Origin: a virus
Virus record (IMG/VR): IMGVR_UViG_3300046747_000551
Location: 9,179-73,178 of that record
Length of the DNA: 64,000 nt
Reading direction: 5' to 3' (one strand)
In this document: positions 9,605 through 20,680 of the stretch, in pieces
Position numbering within the stretch: position 1 is the stretch's first letter
Layout: the number at the start of each line of letters is the position of its first letter
The notes under the pieces: generated by a model
What the model was told of the DNA's origin: nothing
What the model saw: only the letters and a program-made list of their open reading frames with translations
Databases searched by the model: none
Translations under genes and position numbers: made by a program

Positions 9605-9915
9605 GCAACACCATCTACACTGCCGAGAGTGTGAGCCTCGTGCAATCGTGCGCCGTGGCCGCGGTCCTCGACGAGCGCGCGCGGCAAGACGCCAAGTGGG
9701 GCACGCAGAACCACACGCCCATCGTGTGGTCGGCTATCCTCACTGAGGAGTGCGGCGAGTTTGCGAAGGAAGCGCTGGAGTTTCACTTCTCGGTGAAGCC
9801 GCCCCAGCCGAACCTGCGGTATGAAGCCGTCCAGGTCGCGGCCGTCGCGCTGGCCATCATCGAATGCATAGACCGCCATGCCGAGGCCAACGCCGGAGAA
9901 AACTCACCCTTATGA
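9601..9915 (+). CDS. MazG-like nucleotide pyrophosphohydrolase
   Basis: ERARQDAKWG.Q.H...W..IL.EE.GE.AKE...LRYEAVQVAAVA all-alpha NTP-PPase pattern. Confidence 0.75.
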   Translation: MSNTIYTAESVSLVQSCAVAAVLDERARQDAKWGTQNHTPIVWSAILTEECGEFAKEALEFHFSVKPPQPNLRYEAVQVAAVALAIIECIDRHAEANAGENSPL

Positions 9916-11577
9916 GTAAACACACCGCGGAGACCATCCAGTGGGCGCTCTACTTCGCGTTCTTACTGGGCGTGTCCTACCTGCTACTGCGATGAAGACG
10001 CCGCAAGAATGGATGGACGCGCACGGCTACGACAAAAGCGTTTGCTGTGGCCACGGTGAATACTGGGACCTGCCCAAGCGCATCGACCTCGACATCATCG
10101 CGCGCATTCAAGCCGACGCGCAGGCCGGGCGGGAGCCCGTGAAGGTGTGGTGTCGTGTGCAAGGAAAGTGGGTGACGCCATGAACCCCAACATCAAATCC
10201 GCGGCAGGCGGCAACCGCAGCTTCGGCCTGCATGGTGCGGGCAAGGGCGACGCGGACCGCACAAGCGATGTAACCGCGTATAACGAGCGACTAATGGACA
10301 TTGAATTCCCGCGGGTTCATCCCTCGTTAGATGAAGCGTTCACCAAGTCGCGCCGGGGCTACAAAAAAGTTTATGGAGCAACACCTGACAAACACGCATC
10401 GGCTCTCGCCGCTACTTTTCCGCTGGTCGTGGGGCCGGCACCACTTTCAAGTGCGGCGTCTGAACTGGCGGTGGAGATGCGCACACTACGTGACGAAATC
10501 GTATGACATCGCCTACCGCGTCTGGTGGTTCTGCCCGCTGTGCGTGACCTGCATATCGATGCCCAAATGAAGCCCTTCAAACTTTTTGAGTGCGGCACGT
10601 ATCGCTGGATACACAGCCCCTGGGAATTCTGCCTCTCGTGCGGCTACCCTGGCCACTGCGCACAAGCGCGCTCGCGCACCATCTATCTGACGCTCTACCA
10701 CCGCACGTTCTGGTTTAAATTTTCCTGGCCCACGAAGCCTGAGAGAATCAATGGGGTGCCGCTGTGAACCCGCCGACATGGAAACCGTCCCGGTTTGAGC
10801 TGGTGGACGAGCCATATCAATGCATCATCCGCGACGTGGAGAACCAGCTCAACTTTGCTTTCATCGCGGAGAGCGGCCATGGGCTGCACTCGCATGACCG
10901 CGCGCTCGCGGAACGGGTGGTTCAATTTCTCAACAGGCTCCTGCCCATGGAGCGCACGCGCCCATGAATTCACATCTCAAGCGTCTGCTTCGCGGGCTCT
11001 ACGCCCTCGGCATCGTGGCCGGCACCATAGGCGCGGCGGTTTTTCTCGCGTGGGCTTGGCCCTGGGTTTTGGTTGCCGTATGCGTGTTGGTGCTGGCGTA
11101 TGGCATTGGCGGCATGGGACCCGATGACGGTGGGAGCGACATGCCATGAGCAACACCTTCGTCCTCTGCGCTCTCGCCGTGGCGCTCCTCATGTTCATCC
11201 TCTGGAGGAGTAAAGGTGTCTGACGTCGCCGGCAACCTGGGTCCCAACGTCGTCCAGGCCATCATTCCAACCGAACGGCGCATGGATGTTTTTGTGTGCC
11301 CGGGCGTGCCCGAGGAAGCGCTCGCGCGCTGGCTGACGCAAGGCGGCGCGTCAAACTTCCACCATGACGCCGCGAGTGCGCCGACGTGCGGCATCGCCCT
11401 CTTTGTGCTCGGCCCCTACGGGTTTGCCTCTGCGGCGACCGCGGCCATGCTGGCACCGTTTTACGCGCAGGCCGGCAACGAGGCCAACTGTTTTCAGTGG
11501 TGCGGAATTGAGAAAAACTTCACGCGTCGCGACCCGGAGTGGTTGCAGGCGCGGACAGCTTCGTAACATTCCCGTCA

Positions 11578-11626
11578 CACAATCGTAACTTGCGGCTGGG
11601 GCCTGCCGTGGTATCTTCACACCATG
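11578..11626 (+). promoter_or_regulatory. Early promoter, copy 1 of a repeated element
   Basis: CACAATCGTAACTTGCG...GGTATCTT-N6-ATG; same element recurs near 13178. Confidence 0.65.
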
Positions 11627-13177
11627 AAGATTCTGAGGCTCTCCACCACCAACAGCGACGGAAGCGTAATTAGCTACTCCGCCCGCATCGTGCGCACCAA
11701 TCCAGACAACACCATCTGGGTCGAAATTCCGGCGCGCGTTCGCGCGCTCCCCTTTCCTCCCTACGGTGGCAAGCGATATGCCCAGTTTGACCTCGCGGTC
11801 GTGGGCGCCCAGGTCGTCACCCGTTAACCCTCAACCACCCCAATACCATGAGCCGAAAACACTTCGAAGCCCTCGCCGCGGAAATCCGCGCCGAATACAC
11901 CTGCGCCCGCACCTACGACAATTTTCCCGCCGCCGAGGCAATCGCCCGGCTGGCCGGACGCATCGCCCGCGTCTGCGCGGACAGCAACCCCAACTTTTCC
12001 GACGCGCGCTTCATCAAAGCGTGCGGCATCGGTTCCACCGAAGTCATTGGAGCCTAACTATATGGCCACCCTCAAACGAAACGGCACGGAGCTGGCGCGG
12101 TTCGAATACGAATCGGGCACCCTCGTGGTAATGTCCAACGGCCGCGTTTTGCGCAACCGAGGCGACGGCTGGGAGCGCTACCGGCACGCCAAGCCGGGCG
12201 TGGCCGCTGAGACCATCGCGGCCGAGCGGCGGGCGCGCTTCGAAGCCCGGCGCGCGGCCTGCCCGACCTGGGCGGAGTATATCGAGGCGCTGTGCGACGC
12301 GGTCGCGCTGCGGCACCGTAGCGTGCTGGCGACGGCCATTGCGATGATGCCGACGGACGCGGACGGCGTCTGGTCCACAATGGACGACTACGGCATGGGC
12401 CTGGACCTGGACGACGTGGTCCGGCTGTGCGACCTGCGCACGCGCGGCGAGGCCGAGCTTCGCGCCTTCAAACAGGCGAAAGAATAATTTGACAACCCGC
12501 CCGACCTGGGCGACATTCCTGCATGAAAGAAACCAAGTTCAGTATCGGCGACGCGGTGGTTTTCCGCGCGTTCAACGGTGACAGCGTCTCGGCCACGATT
12601 CTCGCGGTGCTTCCGGACGCGGTCCGCGTGGGCTACTGCTCCGGCAGCCGCATCATCAACGGCCGCATGGAGCCGAAAATGGAGCGCGTGCTGGTCAAGC
12701 GCGCAGACTACGGGCGCATCACGGCCTTCCCCAAGGACAGCAAGTTCCTCGTGCTCGAAACCCTCTAAGCCTCACCACTATGCACAAAGTCACCATCTCG
12801 TTCCCGTCCCTGGAGGACGCGGAGTTTTTCACCTACCTCGCGCGCAAGTCTGCCGAGAACCATCTCCGCCTGACCGGCGGTCCGGCCGGCATCATGCAGG
12901 ACGCGCTCACCCGCGCCGCCGCCGTGGTTGGCCCGGGCGATGCCAACCCGTTCCTCGTGGCGGTCGCGTCGTCGGTGCCGCCCCGGACGGACGCGGTGCC
13001 GGACGACCACCTGCCGCCGCTGGTGCCGAACTGGTGGCACCTCGAATGCCAGTTTTCCTGGGGCTGGGAGCGCAGCGGCTCTTATGATAGGAGCTACCCC
13101 ACGCGCGCCGAGGCGCTGTCGGTTCTCAAAACCATCAAGAGCGGGCTGAAGTATCGTGTCTGCCGTTCCAAGTAATT

Positions 13178-13225
13178 CACAATCGTAACTTGCGAACCGC
13201 CCGCGCCGCGGTATCTTTCCCCATG
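13178..13225 (+). promoter_or_regulatory. Early promoter, copy 2 of a repeated element
   Basis: CACAATCGTAACTTGCG...GGTATCTT followed by ATG about 6 nt later. Confidence 0.65.
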
Positions 13226-14181
13226 AACAACACCGATTTTACCGCGGCCTCCGCGAAACTTTTCCGCGACATCGTGACCGACCTGCCGAACTGGACGGGC
13301 GTCACGCCCTGTTTCAACCACATCACCAGCGCCCTCCGCGGGAACCTCACCGACCTGAAAAAACGCGGGCTGATTACGACCTTCCGCAGCGACGGCGAGG
13401 AATGGATTGAACTGACCGCTGCCGGCGAGGAATTTGCCCGCACGGTGGGCATGGGCAAATTCCTTCCAAGCTGATTTGACAAACCGGCCCGCCCGGGCTA
13501 CCTTACGCCATGAGCAACGAAACAAAGAACGAGCCGAGCGCGGTGCGGGTGCCCGCGCCCGAGCTGACTTCCCAGGAGTGGGAACTGCGTCGCAAGGAGC
13601 GCGTCGCGAAGCAGTGGGCCGACCGCCGCGCGCGGTGGGCAGCCTACAAAAAAGCACAAAACCACTTGCGCGGGTCCTGAACCCGTGCGACCTTACGCCA
13701 TGAATTATTCGATTATCTGGAAACTCCGCGAGGGCGGGCTGGTCACGTTCCGCTTTGAAGTGGAGAACGTGCCCACCCTCGCGGACGCGCTCGCGGCCTT
13801 CCGGCACGCCGAGCCGAACGGCTACCTCGTGCGGGCCTATGCGCACGAACCCATTGACCCCGCTCTGCTCGCGGGCCTGATGGACACCCTGGAGCAGAAA
13901 ATTGTGGCGGACGGCTGGCGTTCGCTGGGGGACTAATTTTATGAGCGAACCCTGGTTTTCCCAAATCCTGTGGCCCGTCCTCCGCTCCGCGGATGGCGAA
14001 GCCGGTCTTACTCCCGAGGTAGTGCTGCAAGCGGTGCGCGCCTGGGACCAGCAACAAATGTGGGAGCGTGGCCGCAGCGTAATGCCGACGGACCTGCGCG
14101 ACGCCGTGTATGCGGTGCTCAGCCCCGCCGGGCGCCGCGCCGCGGACTTGGCGGCATTGTCATCCCTGAAGGGCTAACCCG

Positions 14182-14547
14182 ATGCGCCTAGACTTCCATC
14201 GCGACATCTACCTGCCGGCGGACCTAATCGCCCAGGTCCGCGCCGTGAACTATTCCCGGCTGGATTACAGCATGCACGCCGTCCGAGAGGCCGCGGCAGA
14301 CGGCCTGCGCGCGCACGAGCTGCCCCGGGCGCTGTCTTTGGACGACTGGGGCATCATTCACGTAGAGACGTGGTCCGGTCGCGCCACGGGCGTCCTGGTG
14401 CGTCGCACGCTGTTGTCCCGCCCGGGCTGGGACCTCGTGCTGGCGGTATCGGTGCCCGACTGCCGGGTCAAAACGGTCTGGCTGAACGAAACGACGGACC
14501 GCCACCGCAGTTTGGACCGGAAAAGATATGTTGCGAAACCCGCTTGA
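14182..14547 (+). CDS. Phage protein with possible RelE/DUF4258-like ribonuclease fold
   Basis: FH.DIY.P...YS.HA...DLVL.V...VKTVWLN...D.H..LD...Y pattern; the fold assignment is inference. Confidence 0.4.
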   Translation: MRLDFHRDIYLPADLIAQVRAVNYSRLDYSMHAVREAAADGLRAHELPRALSLDDWGIIHVETWSGRATGVLVRRTLLSRPGWDLVLAVSVPDCRVKTVWLNETTDRHRSLDRKRYVAKPA

Positions 14548-14578
14548 CGGGCGGGGGGACGTGTGGCACTTTACTTAT

Positions 14579-14759
14579 GACGCGGGAACAGTGGACAGGA
14601 CGCGAGACAACAGGTGGCGAAGGGCCGGGTTTGTCCCCGGAGCAAAGCGCCTGCGCGGTCTGAAAGCTGGTGGGCTGCCGGGGTTTAATCCCCCGGATTG
14701 GTCCGGAAGGGGCGGTTCGCGAGCTGCCTCAGAGGTTCGATTCCTCCCCGTCGTCACCA
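14579..14759 (+). ncRNA. tRNA-like structured RNA of about 180 nt with T-arm and encoded CCA
   Basis: GAGG-TTCGATT-CCTC T-arm, 3' ...CGTC-A-CCA; 5' GACGCGGG pairs with CCCG(T)CGTC; own promoter TTGACG-N17-CACTTT; several internal hairpins; no canonical anticodon arm. Confidence 0.55.
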
Positions 14760-14764
14760 TTTTT

Positions 14765-14932
14765 GTGAACGCTTTCAACGAAAACCTCCTGGCCACCGAT
14801 GAGTCTGGCTTAACGGAATCCTGCGACGTCTGCAACCGCGTCATCCTGAACTGGACGACGGTGGGGGACGCCGCCACCCTGGCCGAGGACGGCCAGACGA
14901 TTCTGTGCCGGCATTGCGCCGATTTAATTTGA
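14765..14932 (+). CDS. Small zinc-ribbon protein
   Basis: GTG start; CDVC...CRHC. Confidence 0.45.
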   Translation: MNAFNENLLATDESGLTESCDVCNRVILNWTTVGDAATLAEDGQTILCRHCADLI

Positions 14933-14964
14933 CATCCCGGCCCGCCGGTGCGACATTCCACGCC

Positions 14965-16971
14965 ATGAGCGACATCAAAGAGATTTCAATCGAAACCCTG
15001 CTCCCCTGGGGCGCGCCCAAGCGGGTGCGCCTTCAGGACGGGAGCGAACGCATCCTCCGCACGTCCTTTACCGTGCCGGCGGCGTTCTGGGATGCCTGGA
15101 AGCAGAACAAGGCCACGCTGCAAGCGGCCGGCATTTCCCCCAAGCGCCAGCCGAACGGCTCGTGGATTGTGAACCACTGGGCTGCGGTTGACCCCGTCGC
15201 CGCCAAGGCCGAGCAGGCGCGCCGGTTCGTCGTGGCCGAGGCATCGCGCGCGACCGACGCGAACGTGGACCTTCCCCGCCCGGCCGGGCTGGATTATCTC
15301 CCCTATCAGAAGGCGGGCGTCGCGTTCGGGCTGGAGTGCTGGGCCGCGAAGCGTGGCGTTCTTATCGGCGACGAAATGGGCCTGGGCAAAACCATCCAAG
15401 CCATCGGCCTGATGAACTGCACCGCCGACATCAAGTCGGTCATCATCGTTTGCCCGAACACGCTTAAGCTGAACTGGGCACGCGAGCTGAAGAAGTGGCT
15501 GACCCGCCCCATGTCGGTCGAGGTCCAATACTCGAACAAACCGTTTTCCCGCGCGGACATCGTCATCGTGAATTTTGACATCGTCCACAAGTTCCTCCCC
15601 GCGTTGAATGACCGGACGTGGGACCTGCGCATTGTGGACGAGAGCCAATACATCAAGAACCCCAAGGCGCGCCGCACGAAGTCCACGCTGGCCATCCGCG
15701 CCGCGCGCAAGGTCGCGCTCACCGGCACGCCGATAGAGAACCGCCCCATTGAACTGTGGCCCGTCCTGAACGACCTGGACCCGTCCGCGTGGCCGAAGGG
15801 AAACTTTTTCCAATACGCGCGCCGCTACTGCGCGGCGAAGCAGAACGGCTTCGGCTGGGACTTTTCCGGCCACTCGAACGAGGCCGAGCTGCAACACAAA
15901 TTGCGTTCTTCCATCATGGTGCGCCGCCTGAAAAAGGACGTCCTGAAAGAGTTACCGCCGAAACAGCGGCAGGTCATCGAGCTGGACGCCGCGGGCTGCA
16001 AGGAGCTGTTGGAGCTGGAGGCGCACATGGTGGAGGAACGCGAGGCCGCGCTGGTCGAGCTGCGCGCGAGGGTGGAGCTGGCCCGTGCCGGCGAGAGCCG
16101 CGAGGACTACGCGGAAGCGGTCCACGCGCTGCGCCAGGGACAAGGCGCGGCGTTTGAAGACATGGCCGAGCTGCGGCACAAGGTCGCCGCCGCCAAGCTG
16201 CCGCAGTGCCTCGCGTTCATCGAGGACGCCATGGAATCCGGCAAGGTGCTCGTGTTCGCGCACCACCTGGACATCGTCGCCGCCATCGTCGCGAGGTTCC
16301 CCCAGGCCGCAGTCATCACGGGCAACACGCCCGCGCCGAAACGGATGGAGCAGGTGGACCGCTTCCAGACGGACGCGGACTGCAACATTTTTGTGGGCAA
16401 CCTTGCCGCGGCCGAGGGGCTGACGCTCACCGCCGGCACGCACGTCATCTTCATCGAGCTGCAATGGGTGCCCGGCAAGCACGCGCAGATGGAGGACCGC
16501 GCGCACCGCATCGGGCAAAAGGACAGCGTGCTGTGCAGCTACCTCGTGCTTGAGGGCAGCCTGGACTCCCACATGGCGCGCACGAACGTGGACAAGCTGA
16601 ACACCATCGACTCGTGCTTGGACCGCGTTACCGACTGGACCGAGGCCGAGGTGGAAGAAGTGGAACCCGTGACCAAGGTCCGCCTCACGTTCGAGCGCGT
16701 CGCCGCCGAAGCGCGGCTGGTGTCGGACCGCTGCGTGGAGCTGGTCCATCAGGGAATGAAGATGCTTGCCGGCGTGTGCGACGGGGCCGTCAAGCGGGAC
16801 GACGTGGGCTTCTCCGGGGTTGATGTTCGCATCGGCCACGCACTCGCGCACCGCACGAGCATCACGCAGAAGCAGGCCGCGCTGGGCTGGAGAATCCTCT
16901 GCAAGTATCATCGCCAACTCGGTGACGCGTTCATCGCGGAGCTGAAGGCCGCGGCAGCTACGAAAGAATAA
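14965..16971 (+). CDS. SNF2-family (HARP/SMARCAL1-like) helicase
   Basis: YQK.GV, GDEMGLGKT, IVDESQ, LTGTP.ENRP.EL, RRLKKDVL.ELP.K, EGLTLT, QMEDRAHRIGQ. Confidence 0.93.
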   Translation: MSDIKEISIETLLPWGAPKRVRLQDGSERILRTSFTVPAAFWDAWKQNKATLQAAGISPKRQPNGSWIVNHWAAVDPVAAKAEQARRFVVAEASRATDANVDLPRPAGLDYLPYQKAGVAFGLECWAAKRGVLIGDEMGLGKTIQAIGLMNCTADIKSVIIVCPNTLKLNWARELKKWLTRPMSVEVQYSNKPFSRADIVIVNFDIVHKFLPALNDRTWDLRIVDESQYIKNPKARRTKSTLAIRAARKVALTGTPIENRPIELWPVLNDLDPSAWPKGNFFQYARRYCAAKQNGFGWDFSGHSNEAELQHKLRSSIMVRRLKKDVLKELPPKQRQVIELDAAGCKELLELEAHMVEEREAALVELRARVELARAGESREDYAEAVHALRQGQGAAFEDMAELRHKVAAAKLPQCLAFIEDAMESGKVLVFAHHLDIVAAIVARFPQAAVITGNTPAPKRMEQVDRFQTDADCNIFVGNLAAAEGLTLTAGTHVIFIELQWVPGKHAQMEDRAHRIGQKDSVLCSYLVLEGSLDSHMARTNVDKLNTIDSCLDRVTDWTEAEVEEVEPVTKVRLTFERVAAEARLVSDRCVELVHQGMKMLAGVCDGAVKRDDVGFSGVDVRIGHALAHRTSITQKQAALGWRILCKYHRQLGDAFIAELKAAAATKE

Positions 16972-17289
16972 TGAGCTACATCATCACGACGGTGGACAAG
17001 GCCACGGGGCACAGCTGGGTGGAAATCACCCCGCATTTTGAGCGGGCAGAAGAGGCGCTGGAGCTGGCAACCGAGGACCAGTGGGTTTTTGTAAACGAAG
17101 CCGAATAATTATGCACACCATCTATCACGACGGGACCTGGAGCGAAGAGGAGCTGCGGCAAATGGCGGCGGGAAAATTTGTGGACCGCAACGGCAAGCGC
17201 TACGGCATCTGCCGCGGCTGCCGCAAAGTCATTCGCATCGACCATCCACTTTTTGGCTCGGTCCATTTGTGCGCGATGCCGGAGTAAAT

Positions 17290-17727
17290 ATGCACACCGT
17301 CAAACACGACCTGCGCGGCAGCAAACTCTGGTGCGGCCCCGCGGCCATCAGCGCCATCACCGGCCGCGGCACGCGCGATATTGCACTTATAGTGCGGCAT
17401 CTGCGAAGCGACGCAGAACCGGTGTCGAGCATGAAGCCCAGCGAGGTGTTACAGGTCTTGCGGTTTATGGACTACGGGTTCCAAACGATATGGGACCATG
17501 AGGTGTCGGAGTATGCCAAGCCCACCCTGTGCCAGCTCGCGCGCTGGGACGCTGTAGGGCTGTGGAGCACGCCGACGCTGGTCGCGCTCACCGGGCACTT
17601 CGTCGTCCTGCAAGGGGACCTCTTCGTGGACTCCTGGACCAAGACGCCCGTGCCTTTTTCTGACGCACCAAAACAATTCCGACGCCGCCGCGTGGCTTAC
17701 GCGTGGCGAATTTTTCAACGCACATGA
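17290..17727 (+). CDS. Papain-fold (C39-like) cysteine peptidase-like protein; paralog of 4699-5199
   Basis: KHDL...LWCGPAAISAITG ... PTL ... LTGHFVVLQG..FVDS ... RRRRV..AW. Confidence 0.5.
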   Translation: MHTVKHDLRGSKLWCGPAAISAITGRGTRDIALIVRHLRSDAEPVSSMKPSEVLQVLRFMDYGFQTIWDHEVSEYAKPTLCQLARWDAVGLWSTPTLVALTGHFVVLQGDLFVDSWTKTPVPFSDAPKQFRRRRVAYAWRIFQRT

Positions 17728-19315
17728 AACTCAACAAACTCGAAAAAGAACTAGACGCCCGGTTCGCGGACATCGGCTTCCCGAGCCACGACGACCCAAC
17801 CATCCCGCCCGCCATGCGGATACAGCTGGCGCACTGCATCGCGCGCTTTTACAGCGGCGAGGTGCTCGTCGTGGACCGCCGCGGGAACGCGCTGCGCATC
17901 TACGCTCGCGCGAATCCTAATCCCGGGGGGTTGACATTTCCGAAAAAGTCCACACTGGGATAGGTAGAATGAGTAACAACGTCATCGTCGGTGAATTTCT
18001 GGTTGACGGCGCGCCCTGCACCGTTGAGGTCCCTTGCAACGCCGTCGGGGCAGCCGCAAAGGAGGTCTATAACGACCTGCTGCGCGAAGTGCGCAAGCTG
18101 CACCCGGACGCGAAACAGGTCGCGCGCGTGGGCAGCAAAATCGAGAAGCGCGACAAGGGGCTAATCCGCCTGACCGACGGGCAGACCGTCCGGCAGCTGT
18201 TCCCGCGCGAGGGCGATGCCTCTCCCGTGCTGGACGTGGGGCAAGTGTTCTTCCACGGGGCCGCGTGCGTCATCATGCTTCGCTTCAGCCGCGGCCAGGA
18301 CCGCGCCCACATCACCCTGCGCGACCGCCTGCGGGGCACGCCCGTGAACATCACCGGCGGATACATCCTGGGCGGCGCGCTGGCGGCGAACCTCGCGCAG
18401 TCCATTGCCGGCCTGCTGGGCAACACCGCGCGCGACCTTAAGCTGCGCATCGAATGAAGTTTTGTTACAACCGACTTTGCCGTTGGCATATCGAGTGTGA
18501 CCCGACTTGCAACCGGCTGAAGTTTTTGACGACGGCCCGGCCCGTCTCGTATTTCGCGGACGCCGAGGCCACGCTTGCGACCGCCGCCGCGGACCTGGAA
18601 GTGCGGCGCGTCGTCATAAAAGATTCGGTCACCGGGGCGATGTATCACTTTTGTGAGATATGCGCCAACGCGGTGGCCATGGCCAACACACAAAAGAACG
18701 ATGAACACGAAGCACAACGAAGAACGAATCCCGAGCCTGCGCCTGACGCGCCAGCAACACCGCGCGACAGCACGCAAGGCGGCTAAGCGGACGCCGCGAT
18801 ATCTGCTCCCCTCGCGCTACACCGAGACCGCTTTTCTCGCGCGCCTGGAAGCCCGGCCGCTGTCCTACCTGGGACGGCAACAAACGCACCTCAAGCGGCT
18901 CCTGGCAAATTGTGACCGTCTCATTGCGGAACACGGCGGCGCCGGGTCGGTCATCGACCAAGCAGTTGCCCGCGACCGCGCGACCTGGGAACGGCAACTG
19001 GCTCTGGTTCAAGGGCTTATCGTGAAACGGACCCGGACGCCGGCCAAAAGGGACACCCGCACGGCCCGCCTGCGCCGGCTGCAAAAAGTCGGTTAATGGA
19101 ATTTGAAACGGACCCAATTCAAACCCAAAATGAACCGAGAATTCTATCGTGAGCTGCGCAGAATTATCTCTGAAGCCAAGGGGGCCGAACGCGCGCGTGC
19201 GCTGGCCCGCCCCAGTTTTTCCGCCCTCGAACCGACCGTGGCGCCTTCGGACTATGACCGTCCCCGGGGCGATGAACCAAATTCCCTCAATGAAATCGTC
19301 GGACCAACCCACTGA
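17724..19315 (+). other. Hypothetical genes (17724-17963, 17969-18457, 18454-18786, 18701-19096, about 19130-19315)
   Basis: Co-oriented ORFs; 17969 follows a TTGACA-N16-CACTGGG promoter. Confidence 0.5.
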
Positions 19316-19317
19316 AC

Positions 19318-20262
19318 ATGAGCATCGAAGACATCGCACAAACGAAGAATGGCCCGCAGACTTTTGCGGAGCTGCATCGAATCATCCAACAGGTCAAGGC
19401 AACGTGTGGCGTCGCGCCGGCCACGCCGACTGGACCCACACCGAGTGGTTCTATGAGTGGCAACGACTCGCTGGAGCTTCCGCCGACAGTGAACCCCAAG
19501 CGCATTTACATCCTTGGGCCGATGCGGGGCTTTGACAAATATAACTTCCCCGCGTTCTACGGCATGGCCGAGAACCTGCGCGACGCCGGTTTCGAACCGG
19601 TGAACCCGGCCGAGCTGGACCGCGAAGACGGCTTCGAAATTGAATCGCTGGAGCCCGGGCACGACTTCACCACGTATCCCGCCGGCATGGACGCGGAACA
19701 GGTGGTGCGGCGCGACCTGAAGGCCATCATGTCGTGTGCCGGCTACGTCGCGCTCCCGGGCTACGAAAAGTCCAAGGGGGCAACCGCGGAGAAGGCGGTG
19801 TTCGACTGGCGCGGCGCGAAGCGGCTGGAGTATTTTTCCGTCCACGCGGGCAACGGACCGTTCCTGCAAATTGCGAACGATACTGCGCCGGCAGTGATGG
19901 TCGGCACGAACCCCAAGGATGTGCTCGGCATGAAGAAGCCGCCAATGACGCTCATCCCTACCGCGTCGCTGGTCTATCTGTCGCGTGTCATGGAGCTGGG
20001 CGCTAGGAAATACTCCGCCTTTAATTGGCGCAATCCCGCGACGCCGGTGAAGCTGACGGTCTATCTGTCCGCGGCTTGGCGGCACCTTCTGCAAATCCTC
20101 GACGGCGAGGACAACGACTCGGAGAGCAACCAGCCGCACGCCGCCCACGCCATGGCCTGCTTCGCCATCATCCTGGACGCGCACGCGTGCGGGACGCTGG
20201 TGGACGACCGACCGATAAAAGGTGCGGCCACGAAAGTCATCAACGAACTGACCACCAAGTAA
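19318..20262 (+). CDS. Fusion: DUF4406 / nucleoside 2-deoxyribosyltransferase-like domain plus dATP/dGTP diphosphohydrolase (DUF5664-like) domain
   Basis: RIYILGPMRG...NFPAF...NPAE...DL..I..C...LPGYEKSKGA.AE; then NPKD..G.KK..M.LIP...VMELGARKY...NW...AA.RH...GED.D.ES..PH.AHA. Confidence 0.8.
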   Translation: MSIEDIAQTKNGPQTFAELHRIIQQVKATCGVAPATPTGPTPSGSMSGNDSLELPPTVNPKRIYILGPMRGFDKYNFPAFYGMAENLRDAGFEPVNPAELDREDGFEIESLEPGHDFTTYPAGMDAEQVVRRDLKAIMSCAGYVALPGYEKSKGATAEKAVFDWRGAKRLEYFSVHAGNGPFLQIANDTAPAVMVGTNPKDVLGMKKPPMTLIPTASLVYLSRVMELGARKYSAFNWRNPATPVKLTVYLSAAWRHLLQILDGEDNDSESNQPHAAHAMACFAIILDAHACGTLVDDRPIKGAATKVINELTTK

Positions 20263-20263
20263 C

Positions 20264-20680
20264 ATGTTCTCCTGGCTCAAATCCAAGTTCAAGTCACGCG
20301 CACAGCGGGACCGCGAGCGCGGCTACTACGACCGCCTGCCGCGCATCGGTAGCGCGCACAAGTCGCCCGCGGACCAGCTCGACGAGCTGCTGGCCGAGGC
20401 GAACCGGACCGACCGCCGCCGGGTGTCCCTGGTCCGGCGCCCGAACAAGACGGGCGTGCTGGCGCGGTTCAAGGAATTCCGCGCGGCCTTCGGCTGGCCC
20501 AACCCCAAGGAAATCCTCGCGCTGCTTTTTCCGTCGGAGTGGCTGATGGAAAAGCTGTGGCCCAAGTGGGACCCCGAGGACCGCAACGCGCGCATCGCAC
20601 CGCCGGCCGGTTACTACGACGCCGACAGCGGCCGACTCTACGACCACAAGCACCGTTATGTCCGCACCATCCGACGCTGA
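20264..20680 (+). CDS. Hypothetical protein
   Basis: ORF packed in the operon. Confidence 0.5.
   Translation: MFSWLKSKFKSRAQRDRERGYYDRLPRIGSAHKSPADQLDELLAEANRTDRRRVSLVRRPNKTGVLARFKEFRAAFGWPNPKEILALLFPSEWLMEKLWPKWDPEDRNARIAPPAGYYDADSGRLYDHKHRYVRTIRR

Larger units (their letters stand above)
9992..14177 (+). other. Cluster of small early hypothetical genes (e.g. 9992-10183, 10180-10506, 10567-10767, 10764-10967, 10964-11149, 11216-11566, 11624-11827, 11848-12057, 12062-12487, 12523-12768, 12780-13175, 13223-13474, 13510-13680, 13700-13936, 13941-14177)
   Basis: Tightly packed co-oriented ORFs, several each preceded by a sigma70-like promoter; 13223-13474 looks winged-helix (GNLTDLKKRGLI...WIELT..G). 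Confidence 0.6.

Noticed and set aside
19318-20262. 2-aminoadenine (Z) genome pathway
   Set aside because: No PurZ or adenylosuccinate synthetase-like gene visible; the diphosphohydrolase-like domain alone is insufficient
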